The notes beneath the pieces are model-generated. The model worked only from the letters and a program-made list of their open reading frames with translations. It was not told where the DNA came from and ran no database searches. Below, piece by piece: positions 11,996 through 25,483 of a stretch of DNA of 64,000 nucleotides. The position numbers were made by a program, and so were the translations under genes. This stretch comes from Tubulanus polymorphus (taxonomy: Eukaryota; Animalia; Nemertea), in the NCBI RefSeq assembly GCF_964204645.1, contig NC_134030.1, positions 19,676,210 through 19,740,209 of the forward strand, in the 5' to 3' direction. How positions within the stretch are numbered: position 1 is the stretch's first letter; each line of letters opens with the position of its first letter.

Positions 11996-12997
11996 TCATT
12001 CCTTTCTCATCGTCAGCATCTGCGCGGTGAGTGTTCGAAATTTTTTACTCGAAAGGCAATAAACCAGAAAATTGACGCACGAATCTATTTGTATGGAAAC
12101 CTGCATCATAGGATGCGTGCGCAATCGTTTGCCGTCGTAGAAGGCGATTTCGACGATCCGCTCCACGCTGTTCGGGCTCTCGCAAACCAGAAACGTCACC
12201 ACGATACCTAAAGCGAGTAGCGTCGCTTGCAATTCTTGGTCTTTCCCCTGTGGGCCGCCAGAGGTCAGCATCTGTCGGTTGGTGCGCGCTTGGTACAAGT
12301 GCACCGATAATATCGTATTTGTCACGCATAGAATTACGAAAGGCAAAATTATAATCAAAGCCACGAGACTCAGTTCACCAAAAACAGCGGGGATTTCGTT
12401 ATGAAATCGCAGTAACGGAATATCGATCGCGGGGCATTTGGGAATCTGTTCCGCAAGCGTCAAACAGCAGAATTTGAAACCGTGTAAACCAACGCTGCAT
12501 GCGACAATGAAAGCGAACGATAAGTTAAGTTTGAACTTCGTGCATAAAACGATCGATTTCAACGGGAAGACGATATGAATAGCCCGGTCGAGACTCATCA
12601 GCACGATAAGCCAGTTTCTGATCATACGCATGGTCAGATGCGGCGGGGCCAGGTAGACCAGGAATCGCGGCCCGATAAACGCGTCCGATAAATAGAAGAA
12701 CTGCCAACCGTAGGTCAAGTAGGCGAAAAAACGGCGCGCGTTCACCAGCGACACGGACACTAACAGAAAACAGTTATCGACGACGGCCAAAATCTGCAAC
12801 AGGTGGAAAGAATTTGAACGCGAATTGTGCTTGCGTAAAATCACGAAACTGATAGCGTTCAAAGCGAACCCGGTCAAACAGATCGGCGTCGATACGTACA
12901 ACAACACTGTCAACCAGACGTTATTCTTCGATAGGTACGGGCAGTCGATGAGGTCGGTTTCGTTCGCAGCCGTCGACGATGCTCGCGTTTGTCGCAT
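11996..12997 (-). CDS. Intronless rhodopsin-class GPCR, FMRFamide-receptor-like orphan (333 aa)
   Basis: TM1 GFALNAISF, TM2 LQILAVVDN, DRA motif followed by IVFPLKS, TM6 FLVCESP, TM7 NFLVYC, helix-8 SKKFR. N-terminal NET sequon. GC-richer than flanks. Confidence 0.88.
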   Translation of the reverse strand: MRQTRASSTAANETDLIDCPYLSKNNVWLTVLLYVSTPICLTGFALNAISFVILRKHNSRSNSFHLLQILAVVDNCFLLVSVSLVNARRFFAYLTYGWQFFYLSDAFIGPRFLVYLAPPHLTMRMIRNWLIVLMSLDRAIHIVFPLKSIVLCTKFKLNLSFAFIVACSVGLHGFKFCCLTLAEQIPKCPAIDIPLLRFHNEIPAVFGELSLVALIIILPFVILCVTNTILSVHLYQARTNRQMLTSGGPQGKDQELQATLLALGIVVTFLVCESPNSVERIVEIAFYDGKRLRTHPMMQVSIQIDSCVNFLVYCLSSKKFRTLTAQMLTMRKE

Positions 12998-14619
12998 CTT
13001 CGAAATGGATCGATCACATCGTCTGTTGATTTATTGACCGCAGATCGTCTGCCGATTCTTGTTATCTTTCCCTCGTCTAAGTAAACGCATTTTGTTCTGT
13101 GTCGATTTCGCGACAATTGGCGGCAACATCACTCCCTGAATGAACTATTATATACGTGCGTATCTCTATGTCTGAGTAATTTGCGCTATTAAGCTAAGAA
13201 TCTTGGAATCCATGATTGATTAAGCTATTTTCCGGGCAATCTTCTATATAATTGCTGATGAGTACGATTCTAGAATAAGCAGCAATTTTATTGATTTCTG
13301 AATGAGATAAATAAAAAAGTGACTTTGTTTCTTGAAAACTGTCTCCATACGAAATCTTTCATAATTGTAAAACTGAATAAGATATGTTTTGTGGAGGTTT
13401 CTCTTTCTGCTAGCTTCCTTGCTGTGTCGTTTGACATTTTTTTTAAATTTTTTTAATCTTAATTCTTTTTGCTTTAGGTGATGACATGTAAACGATCCTG
13501 TGAAATCTTGCACATAGTTCTGACCAGGCGTGATGACAAGCCGACCCAATTCTTCGTCAAAACGATTTAGCGGATAATCCAATTCATTCAGACCACAAAA
13601 GTTCATTATTTGATTGACCTTTTTGGATTTATTCATTTTTCCAAAGACAATTTCTTGTAATAAACGTTCTGCTTATGAACTTATGTAGAAAAAAATAACC
13701 AAAATCCTTTTGTAACGATAATACAAGTTCTTGCGGGATCCCTGCGACTCCTTGAGTTCTTGCAGGATCCCTGCGACTCCTTGAGTTCATAGATATCAAC
13801 GAAATCATCGATAATTTTGTTCAGTTTTACTTCAAATGCAACAAGTTATTGTTCAGTACAGCTGCTGCACCGATTCAGCGCCTCTCTTCAACTGTTTATT
13901 TGGTGTGCGTTTCGGTTGACAGAATTGATTTTCTAAATTATCGTGATATCGTTTAACATGATTAATCGGAGAACTATGACATTTAAACAACGTCTGGTCG
14001 AATTGTACGGGCTTCAATGGTAGATATTCCCGCATTCATTGCATACGCATATCCGATTCCGTGTTGGGTAGCGATCACTCAATGTCACATCGTGGTTATT
14101 GTTGAAGTCGCGATTTTTATAGATTTCAGATATTAATATACACTGTAATATGTATGTGTATATATTATATATATGTACATTTCGAAAATTATAGAGAGAC
14201 GACAGAATGTGTGATGATTATTGGGCATACATTTATGACAAATTAACTTAGCTTTATGTGGCGTCGTCACTGGCTGGCATCAGATCCCAGCGGCGGTTGA
14301 AACTCCGGAATCTCTTCTTCGTCGTCTTCATGGTGTCTTCGTCATCACCTTCTTATTCCTGAAATGAGAGAAGAGAGAGAACAGAGATGAAAACCTGGTA
14401 CGGAACAAAACTAATGTCCGAAAGCTTTTCAGCTCTCCTTTGCAGGTCACGTGCCGAGAATGACAGGTGACGAGTCAGCCAGGATACATTGTCCCTACGT
14501 ACCTTCGCGCGGGGAACGCAAACCAGGGCGCCAACGCCTCACATTCACTATCTACCTACAGGATGTGCCGGGCGGCATCAATAACTGACAAATCTGCCAG
14601 ATTGCTATAGACAAAAAAA

Positions 14620-14880
14620 GAGTAGTGCTAACTGACTTGAACTAGAGTTAACTAGTTGCCGAACGAGAACAACTAGAAGTCCTGCCGGTGAACCAATGGC
14701 CAACCAATGGTCTGAACTAGAGTTAACTAGTTGCCGGTGGGATGATCCGAGGATCGAGAACAACTCCGGGGAGAAGTTCTGCCGCTGAACCATGGCGGCC
14801 AATGGCCAGAACTAGAGTTAACTAATTGCCGGTGGGGTGATCCGAGGATCGAGCACAACTAGGATCCTGCCGGTGAGACC
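14620..14880. repeat. Short degenerate tandem repeats (GAACTAGAGTTAACTAGTTGCCG core) between 65-bp inverted arms
   Basis: Core recurs at about 14639, 14714 and 14809; inverted arms at 14402-14467 and 15051-15113. Confidence 0.6.
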
Positions 14881-16077
14881 AGCGTGACACCACTCAATTT
14901 TTTTTACCGTTAGCAACCCGATAGATTTGACAGTCATTCACGTCACTCAATACACTATGTAGGCAGATAATGACGTTGAGGCGTTGTCGTCCTGGTTTGA
15001 GTTACCTGTGTGAGGGCACGTGGGGAAATCATTTCCTCGCTGACACTTCCCCGACATTCTCGACACGTGACCGACAAATGAGAGCCGACACTTTCGGACA
15101 TTAGTTTGGTTCCATAAAACATTGAAAATCAAGAGAGAAATCGGCCCTGAAAAATAAAACGGATTAGACGCTGAAAAATAGAGCGGGTTAATAAACACAG
15201 AACAGTACAGGACAGTACAGAGACGAACAGTAACACATGAAACATAAAGACGTCGTTCCTCATGAAGGAACCAGCTAGTAGAGCGCAGCGTAATCGCGTA
15301 GAAGAACGCCAGGAGGAGAATCCACGTCAGCATAGTGTCCGCACGGTGTGAAGAGCCTGAGGTGAATGACTGGCTTAGCGATTCTACTTACTGTCGACCG
15401 GTGGCGCATTTCTATATTGACCAATAGGCAACCGTGTCGTTCTCTGGCCAGTGAATGGGTTTGGTTCCATTGTATTGCTACGGACCTACCTCTATACGGT
15501 ACCCGTCATATAGAAATCCCGTCAATAGCCTAAGCGTTACCCGCTATTATCTACCGATGAATGGGTTTTTATTGGAGTTAGTGTTGTTCCAGTGGAGTAA
15601 AAACGGGACCCGACGACACCTCTGTATACACTCGGCATACGCCTATGTAATAAACTTGATACATGTAGAAAACTGACAATAACTAATAATAAAAGCGAAA
15701 ATGAATACCCACCCTGCTCTAATGCACCAAAATACCCACTAAAATAACTTGATCCTTCAGACTCTCCAGTGGTTTTTCTAACACTAGTGATATCAAGTTA
15801 ACGCCAGATATTTGTTTTCATTCATGCATATTGCAAGATGATGTCTGTAGGACGGGTCTAGTTAACTCAATGTCTAGATCTTAAGTCTCTAAAGAGCATT
15901 TGGTCGTTGTAATATATATTTGGCGGAGGGAAAATGTTTTCTAAATATGTAAAGTTTGATATGTATAGAGTTCATTAACCACAGTTAATAGACCCAGTTT
16001 TCTCTTTAAAGTTTTATTGACTCGTGTTAAAACAATGGACAAAAACAATCTAAGGCTAAAAGTCACACTGAATCATC

Positions 16078-16590
16078 GAGAACTGTGGAAGTGGAGTCTG
16101 GGACAGTGGGACTGGGTCCACTGAACCGAGAACTGTGGAGGTGGAGTCTGAGACAGTTGGAATGGGTCCACTGAACCGAGAACTGTGGAAATAGAGTCTG
16201 GGATAGTGGGACTGGGTCCACTGAACCGAGAACTGTGGAAGTGGAGACTCTGGAACAGTGGGACTGGATCCACTGAACCGAGAACCGTGAAAGTGGAGTC
16301 TGGGACAGTGGGACTGGGTCCACTGAACCGAGAACTGTGGAGGTGGAGTCTGAGACAGTTGAATGGGTCCACTGAACCGAGAACTGTGAAAGTGGAGTCT
16401 GGGACAGTGGGACTTGGTCCACTGAACTGAGAACTGTGAAAGTGGAGTCTGGGACAGTGGGACTTGGTCCACTGAACCGAGAAATGTGGAAGTGTAGTCT
16501 GGGACAGTGGGATTGGGTCCACTGAACCGAGAAATGTGGAAGTGTAGTCTGGGACAGTGGGATTGGGTCCACTGAACCGAGAACTGTGAA
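16078..16590. repeat. Minisatellite, 50-bp unit, about 10 copies
   Basis: GAGAACTGTGGAAGTGGAGTCTGGGACAGTGGGACTGGGTCCACTGAACC at 16078, 16128, 16178 and onward. Confidence 0.95.
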
Positions 16591-17474
16591 GATGAAACTG
16601 AAGATGCTTACCTAGTTTCTAACAGCATCGCTATAACTTCTGTTGTGTTTAGTTGTTTTGATGTGGAGTGAAGAATTGGAGACTGTTATTGAATAAAACC
16701 TATAAACAATAACAAACTCCAATTCTTCACACCACATATATACTTATAGCCTCTAGTTGTAATGAATTTCCATCCACAGTTATCCGATCGGATTCCAAAT
16801 TAAACACGGGTCGATATTAAGTGATTAAGTACGGTATTCTACTCAGTATCCTGGTGAAACCACGTATAAACGCGACCTCCTTTCAAAGAAACGGTAAGTT
16901 CGAACCTTCCAGGTAGCCAGTGTTTACCGCCAGTAGCTAACAATAAACTAGAGATACAGCTTGGCCCTTGCATAAGTTATAAATAAGCACAGTCAGGTGA
17001 TATTTCCACGTCCTGTGTACACGTTCGCGTCCCTACGTATTAACCGCGTAGACCCACAAAAGGCGAGTGCGGAAAAACCAGTTTCTTGATCGAAATTTTT
17101 ACCATTTGAAAAATAGGTTGAAGTCGCTAGGTATAGACATATTACAGACACGTGAATTAAGAAAAATAAAACCATTTTAATCGAACTGTTGTTGCATCCA
17201 ACACCAGAAATGAGCTAGGGCTATATACAAATTGGGCGTATGTATTAAAAGGACAGGGTCTGATTCTAATCACGGTGTCAAATCGGTATTTGCAATTTTG
17301 GACCAAGATCGATTGGGTGCGATTGTCCAAAAAAATTGCTCCGCAAACCGGCTGCCGATTGTTAACTTCTTGGTAACGCATTTGCTTTCACATCAATTGA
17401 CAAAGGCGGCAAAATCAACCCCGATTAAAACTATTCTCTACATGCAAGTTTCCATTCGCGCAGTCGTGAGTATT

Positions 17475-17800
17475 CATCCTCGCTTGCCAGGGGTCCGGTA
17501 TCGCTCCCGAACTCGCTTCCACTTGCCCCCTGGCCTCACGAAGCGTGATTTCATTACTGGCGCTGTTGCGCATCACGTCATATATCAACACGCAACGATA
17601 CTTCCGCGTTCGCTACCTGTTCGCTGATTGGTCCATTTACCGGGAAATTCCATAGATGCCTAATGTCGTTTGTAACAAGCGCTGTGATTGGCCCGACCTG
17701 ATTCTGGTCGGATAGTAACGACTCTAAAGACTCGTGAGGTCAAGGGGTTCGGGGAACGGCTTTAGCAGACTGGGTTCGAATCCCTTGACGGGTGAAGATG
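17475..17800. mobile_element. MITE with imperfect TIRs (CATCCTCGCTTGCCAGGG / CCCTTGACGGGTGAAGATG), 8-bp TSD TGAGTATT
   Basis: TSD read directly on both flanks; multiple copies in the window. Confidence 0.8.
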
Positions 17801-20800
17801 TGAGTATTGGGATGATCGATTTAGCTTATTTCCAAACAATCTTCACAATTTCATATATACCCTATGTGCTGAGGAGGTCGATCTTCAAAGACTGTTAATG
17901 CAGTCTGTGGGTCATACATAACTCGGGTCTTTTCCTGCCTTTGGAAATTTCAATTTCAATTTTTAATTAAAGAAAATTATACATGAATTTGTTTTTAATG
18001 AAAATAAAATCCAGCCTGCCTGCGCCGCAGAGTTTCCACACATCTTCTTTTTTATGAATTAAAGAAAACAACCGCCTGCCTGGTCACTTTGGTTGGTAGA
18101 GAAACAAGGAATCATTTTTTAGCCTAATCGCATTAATATTGTTTATGGATAATCCAACAAAAAACCTTTCATAATCGTGGAACATTGTTATATTATGACA
18201 CAAAATATTGTCAAATGTCGGTATCTGTCAACCTCTGTTTTTTTGTTGTAATATATGTAAATCTATTCCTTGCAAATAAGCAACTAATTAATATCGCTTA
18301 CTCTTTAGAACCTTCTTTTATTTATAAAAAAACATCATCATCTAAAGGGGTAATTCTTTATAGCATTAATCCCGAATGATAGGACGGTTTCTAATACAGC
18401 TTAACTGTTCATGACGTACTAAAGAACTCTTCAAAAACATTGCAACTTAGAGCATAGAATGCCCGACGACTCGAGACGGTGTAGAAACGTTGTAGAATTT
18501 GTAGATTTTTGCATGTTTTTATTTTTGTTTGCTTAATGTTTTCATATGTTTTGCTTTCCATTAACTTGAACCTGAACGGGCTACTTTACAAAACAATCCA
18601 CAACGGACAACTAGAGAATGGACGGGTTTCGTAGCAGCAGCGAGTACAGCCTGACGCACAGTTCAACAGCGAAAACAATATTCCAAAATGAAAAACCGCC
18701 CGCTTTTCTACCGCAGGGCGCGACACTGAAAAGTATCAGCGTTTATCGTTTCGTATTAACACTCACACACGTTGTATTTGTGCGTCCGTAATCACTCGTT
18801 GTGGGCGGTTCGTTTGACAGCCCCGCTGATTTAACAATCTGCCAGAACGACAGAATGGGGTGGCTCCGACAATATCCTCCGCACTGATTAAAGCATGATT
18901 GACGTTTTTGTCATCGCGCTCCCAAACAACTCCATTCAGACTTTTTCCCGAATAAACGGAGAATAGCTAGAGCATAACCTTCGACCGCAGTGGACTTAAA
19001 CTACAGTTTTACACGCGTTAGTCTGTTGACGGGCGATATAGCACGCCAGGTAGTCTACCGTTCGAATGCTCTACAATGCTGAGGTTTGGAGTTCGAACCC
19101 CGATCGGAAACAACGCCGATCCATTATCAACTCGACGTAGTGACGCAATAGTCAGCTGTCGATCGATATAAAATCCAGGACACAGTCCGTTGAGCACCAT
19201 CTGTCTGTCCCGCACGTGTATATCGCGGTTTCAATTCGATACTATTTTCGATTGACTAGATGACGAATCAGAGTTGAAATGATGTTCTAGGAGCTTCGCC
19301 CTGTAGAATAGAAAATCAAAAGAAACACATGAACTCATCATTTTGCATAATAATATTCAAAATGAGCCTAGCTTTCGATATGTCATGTATTCACTAGATT
19401 AATTGATATTACGTCAAAATGAATCTGAGGAACCACCACAGCAAATATTCGCTATTCTGTTTGAAGTGTGGATGACCAGTTTTCGAAAGTGTCTCTGGTG
19501 TTTGTAACGAGAGAAATTCCACAATAGAATCAGCCGAAAAAGAAGAAGAATTTCCCTCGTTATTCATCTTACACGGATATTGTGTATCTTCTCGACTCGT
19601 CGTTTATGTTCGTTCATTTTCAATTAAAATATGTCTTGAACAGATGTTAAGTTTGAACGGTTAGTTCGTAAAAGTGTGCTGATAAAATGTTTAATATCTG
19701 GTTTTTTTAGTTCATTTTCAATTAGAAATGTCTCAGGTGAAGCACTGAACACACGTGAAGTGTGGACGATCAGTTTTTGAAAGTGTGCTGATAAAATGTC
19801 TAATGTCTCGTGTTTGTAATTCATTTTCAATAATGATTTTAAAGTGTGTGGATTTTCAACGATCTGTTTTGAATGCGCGCTGATCAAACGTTCCATTAAG
19901 TATTAATATATACGACGTATGTGAGGAATGAGCCTTAGCATATTCGATAAACGACCGTCGTATTTCTTTCTTTTGTAGATATGTGGCGCTATATACAAAC
20001 AGGCGAACGACGACAATTCGTAATTCGATTTCAACGTCGTTTAACGACATTTAACCCCGTTACTTTATACGACAGTTGTTATTAGCGACAACTACCTAAC
20101 ACTCGAGTGCTTTTAACCTAGTATTTGCGGGTTTCAATAGGCCTATTCATATTTCACAAGTAGTTTGAATTCAAGACTATACACGCCGCGTCGCTTGTGT
20201 CGTTGTGATAATACCGAACAAACTGTGCAATGAAAAAATGCCATATTAGATATACATGTCATATAAACCCTACAACCAGCATTGTTCAGCTAGCCAAATT
20301 TATTAAACTCGGTCTGCCATTGTCCTAATTTTTCTTCGATCAATGTTCTGTATATTTTCAATTATGTTTTAACTCATCTGTAATTAGTGTTAATTATGCT
20401 TCATTTTATGATTTGTTTATCTCCCATTATGTATATACTTGATTTTACCGAATTTGTATCAGTTGCAAACATGTTTTATTAATGTTTACGCTGAATAAAG
20501 ATTGAATTGAATTGAATTGAATTATATAAGATATACATGTATATCATATCAGATAAATACATGTACGACGGCAGGGTCCCGCAGCCCTCATATTCCTAAC
20601 ACTGACTTCACATGTGTTCATTCGGTATAATTAAATTAAACTAATTAAGATTGGATATAATCGGTAATCAATAAGTGCCAGCTTGATAAATAGTTCATCG
20701 TTTGTTTACGCAGAGTCTTTACGCACTTTTCGTATTGATTAATTGTCTAACTGCCAAATTCTGTATACACGGAATATAAATTGTGATTTTATAGTCTCGG

Positions 20801-21369
20801 ATGAGTTGTGAGAGCAGGGGATGAGAACGAAGACGTATAAACTATCATTTTTTAAAGACTATCGTCTTTGATATTTGTTGGTTGCTTGGAAACCTTTCGG
20901 AAACTGATCATCTACAGTTCACACGCCAATCATCAATCAGTATTTCACCTATAGGATATTTCTAATGGGGAACCGGCACACCAGCTATCCCGTAAGATGG
21001 CGCCACTGAGATATCAGACGCACTCGATCAAAATTAGTTCATTTTCAAGTAACTTTGATCCCAATTTTCGGGCTTCCAATCCAAAGATTGGGAAAATCAC
21101 ACATCGAAATAAACTCTGATTAGTCTTTAGAGTTCATACGTGCTACGATTTTCATATATCATGCATAGAATTTGAGAAATTATTGTTAGATTTTTATTGA
21201 GTTTGAGAAGAAATCCAGCGTCGACGTCGTATTGTACACTAGCGACCTGGCGGATTATGGCGGAATTCCACTTGCCACAGTAGCGTTGCTGGTACCCCAT
21301 TAAAATGAATTAACAACGTGAACTGTATACATGACGTAAGATGGGCTATAGAACCAGAATAAGCTACTG

Positions 21370-21507
21370 GGGCCAGTTGCACTGTCGTGACTTACGTCCA
21401 AAAGTGGTCTTAATTCTTAAGACTGGTCTTAAGTCATTAGATTGGCTATAGAACGAAGTTGGTCTTAGACTGGTCTTAAGTCTAAGTCATGACTATGCAA
21501 CTGGCCC
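21370..21507. mobile_element. PIF/Harbinger-like MITE (GGGCCAGTTGCA...TGCAACTGGCCC), 3-bp TSD CTG
   Basis: TIRs and CTG duplication seen. Further copies at about 30848-31066, 36070-36208 and 61890-62030. A 3-bp TSD with GGG termini is typical of PIF/Harbinger. Confidence 0.75.
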
Positions 21508-24500
21508 CTGGTCTTTGGCAATAGAGCCAAAATGTCACGCTTAACTTTTAGGTAGAAGGTAGTATTAACCGAAAGAGCACGCGTTCTCCCATCCAACTAT
21601 ACACAAGTATGATTTTACCTTAACAACATTATTTTCCCCTCATTTTTTTCTTTTTAAAGCTTCTTTCATCTGAAACGGTAAATAACCTACTGTAATAAAC
21701 AGTGACGATGAAAAAGAAATTCAAATCAATTCGACTTTCAATGAGTTCACGAGATAAGAGATCACGGAATGATCGATCGTGTGTACCTGATAGACGAGGC
21801 TTTTGGTATCCGTCATGAATTTACCGAGCTCTCCATCCTACAAAATAAGGAAAACAAGAACTTAACTTGAAAGTTTAATGACGTCTTGAAAAATAACACA
21901 AATATTGTCAACAATAAATAATATGTTAATTTTATAATATTAAGGATCGACGAAATTATTTTGGATTAATGGAATATATTGATAATTGAATTGACCGGCA
22001 ACCAGTCTAACCCGATATATTGATTACGTAATGTACATCCTCTCAAAGATGATCATCAAAATCAATTAAATATGAGATAAGAGTTATGAAATGAATACAG
22101 TACGTAATCAGATAACTGTAATTGTTGTTATTTTGAAACGTCAATATTGATGACGTGGTGCACATCCTCTGCCGATTGCGCATCCACTGACCGAGTTAGT
22201 TAGCAATGTATAACAAGAAAATTAATTTTAGAAAATTATTTGACGCCTGCGAAAAAAATGTAGAATTTCTGGGCTAAGCTTATGTAGAATTGCAAATTTG
22301 AAATCGAAGTTTTAAGAAATTTGGGGAATGATGAGATTCGGCGATTGGGTAGATGATACAGGTCTTCTACTCTAGTAGTGGTTTAAATTTTTTTATTGAA
22401 AATTCTCAATAATTGATCGCGAACTTGCGACCGACTTCATTTACTTATGCCTCTAAGCTGGTCTGCAACTTCATTGCCTCCATGGTTGAAGACTGAGTTA
22501 GTTAGCAATGTCTAAAAACTGTAGCGGTTTCTCTACAACGTCGAAAAATATTTCGATGGTAGTATTCATCAAACTGTTTAAACTCAAATTTTGTGTGTAA
22601 TTGCTATTGGATACTTCATTTCTTCAATGAAGACAACAATTCAAACTTAACCGTTTTAGGCTTAAACTTTTTCGTGAAACTGGACCCAGTAACCTCCCAC
22701 ATTCTATTTTATCATTGATTATAAAGCTTCATTGTCAAGTGTCCAGAGATTCTACCTAGATAAACACCCCTGTTGTATTTTCCAAACACACCTCAGTATG
22801 AATAACTTTTAACTTACTCATTTTTAAACTCTATAGCAAAATATCGACCTAGAGAACTGTGAAAACCGGATTGTTGTCGGTGTTTGTATAGTGTACATAT
22901 TTAGAAAGTAAAACGGTGAATTATGTATGCCTTGTCTGAACTGAAGGTGTGTGTACTGAAGAGACCGTTACCATGACACGCAATGAATCATAAATGACGT
23001 ACGTACTGAGACGGACGGATAGATCAATCTATTATTACAAATAGGGTTGCCACATATATTCGATCATGGCTTTCCTTGGTTATTCCCTGACATATTCGTT
23101 GTTTTCCCTGACTTGATCCGCTAAGGATAAACTAAAATGATACCTCGTTTCTCCGCAGCGGCCGGGCAATTTTCGTAAAATATGATAAGATTTGTAGTCG
23201 GTTCTTTTCTATAGCTGCCGGGTCTGTTGCGGTAGAATTGATCTCGATTTTTAATAAAAAAAGTAATGTACAGGGTCAACTTTTAAGCTCAGCAGAGTGG
23301 AAAAACGAGGTATAAATTTTTAGCTTAAGAACTCGATCAATTAACACAGTTAAATACGTAAAACAAACACAGAAACCGTTTGATCATACGCGCGATCTAC
23401 GTAGCAATCTCAACCAAAATTTCCCTGACTTTTTACAACAAAAGTCCCCGAATTGTGTGTAGAGAGAAGAAAACTTTCTGACTTAATTCCATTGATTCCA
23501 AACATGTGACCTCCCAAACAAGGGGTCTCAAAATACTGAAACTTGGGCTATAATATTCAAATCATCAGTACGTAACCCTATTAGATTTCCCTCAAAAATT
23601 CGTTTATATTCAACATTTTCGAAGAAGATACGAAATTACGAAGCGTCACTTTGGATGTTACGCGTAAGCAGTTTTCTAAGAGAACAAAGTCACTGTTTAC
23701 CGCTATATTTGGCGAATATGACGCATGCATGCATACCTATATAGACCTACACGTAGGCCCAATGCCTTTTATAGACAGAATATTATTTGTTGACAGAATC
23801 TAGATTTCTCACAAAGCACTCGGATTCAATCTTACCTTAACGCTTTTAGCGAGAAATATCACCGTCAAAAATATGAGTATGAATCCTAATGTCCAATAGG
23901 GTAGAAATCTTAGATTAATCATTATCTAGGCCTAATCGCTAGACTATCCGCGTGGATATGACGTATTACTGACAAACCTAGTCCATTCAAGGCAGTGTTA
24001 TATGTACTATTAATACACCCGTATTAACAAGGTGTATTGCTGCAATAAAACTGGTAGCATTACAGACGGCGCCGCGTCGCCTTAGCGCGGGACCGTGTCC
24101 GGGTAACGGGCGACGCGCGCCGCTTTCAATATCGGTATCTGTGGACGATCAATCTAAAATCACAATATGTTCGTGATGAATGGTACCAGTCTGTATGATT
24201 ATGGGCGTATAAACTAGTTTATAGACAATTACATGCGTTAAACTAGTTTATACGTCCATGGTAAGATAAACTCGTTTCTAAATACGGTTAAAGTCCTTTA
24301 TACTGTCATTGTTGGAATCTATGCGAATTTGGCGTTAAAGAATGGTACTGAATTTTAGTAAGATTGGGCAATTATGTTCATTGAAAAAATGTTGGCGTCT
24401 AAGGATGGCGTTGACGAACATTGACTGTAAGTCACTACTCAAATCCCGATAGCTTAACTATGTTCAGTATCCGTGGCTTTCATGTATATTCAGGTTCGAA

Positions 24501-25483
24501 GCCAGCCTCCTACACCCCCCCCCCCCATTTTACGAAGTTTAGTTCCTTCCTAGATGTTGGCATAGAGAAAACCTGATATCGTTTTCATTTTGCCTGGTGA
24601 CTCAATTTTTCTCACAATTTTCTGGGGAATTTTACGCGCATCGGCTTCGGTGGCGTTTGCACCTCATGGCAAGTCAAAATACACAGGGCTATATAATCCA
24701 GACAGGCAATAAGCTACCGGTACTTACACGGTGGCCAATTATAGATGCGATCGAAGGGACTTTACCGCGCATGTAATTTTTGAAAGTATCAACTGGCAAA
24801 TTACCAAATCGAGTTGGTTTGCCCCAACCACGCTGTAGATATTCTAGCTACAATCATCATATTCTATAACGACTCTATTTATGCTTTAGAATCAATACTG
24901 CCGTCTGCGTAGAATGCACAGTGTTGCCCATAGCTACGCCAACATCAATTAGCAATGAAGTCATTCAGGTAATTAAAACGCAACTGTTGATTTCATTTAC
25001 TTCTGAATCACGCAAAGGCCAAAACAAATCTATGCCTCGTTTCCCATTTCTGCTGAGCTTAAAAAAGTCGACCCGTCCGGTCGCCTTTCTACCAGGTACG
25101 TTACTTATGTTGAATCACGACAAAGCTTACCACAAAAAACCGGCCGAGAGTTATAGAAATGAAACTGGTTATATTTAAGTGGGGACTTGGAAGCCGGAGT
25201 TCGAGCAAGACACTTATCCTCATCGCCTCTCTCCACCCAGGAGTAAATAGGTACCTGGCCTGATAGATGATTCCTGAGCGCCTAGTAGCTGATCGGATTT
25301 TACATCTCCCCAGGGAGAGATGACCGATACATGGAATAAAGTTTTAGGCTGGGGGTAATACATGTACATAGTATTATCAATTTAATGGAAAGCGCCGTTG
25401 AACACAGTGGAAAAGAGCGCTACACAGATGTAAACCTTATATTAGGCTAAATGAAATTGATACCCGAGCTTAATAGTCCAGAC

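Noticed and set aside
16056-16572. Three overlapping 138-169 aa ORFs; also considered as a CRISPR-like array
   Set aside because: Translations of a 50-bp minisatellite with no unique spacers, in a eukaryotic context without cas genes.
17765-17790. GGTTCGAATCC motifs as tRNA genes (also about 10124, 25770, 40222, 46125)
   Set aside because: Isolated B-box matches without an A-box or cloverleaf; they lie inside MITE ends or SINE-like fragments.
18600-19300. Coding-like GC-richer stretch on the minus strand
   Set aside because: Interrupted by stops in the frames examined and no recognisable family; cannot be supported without a search.
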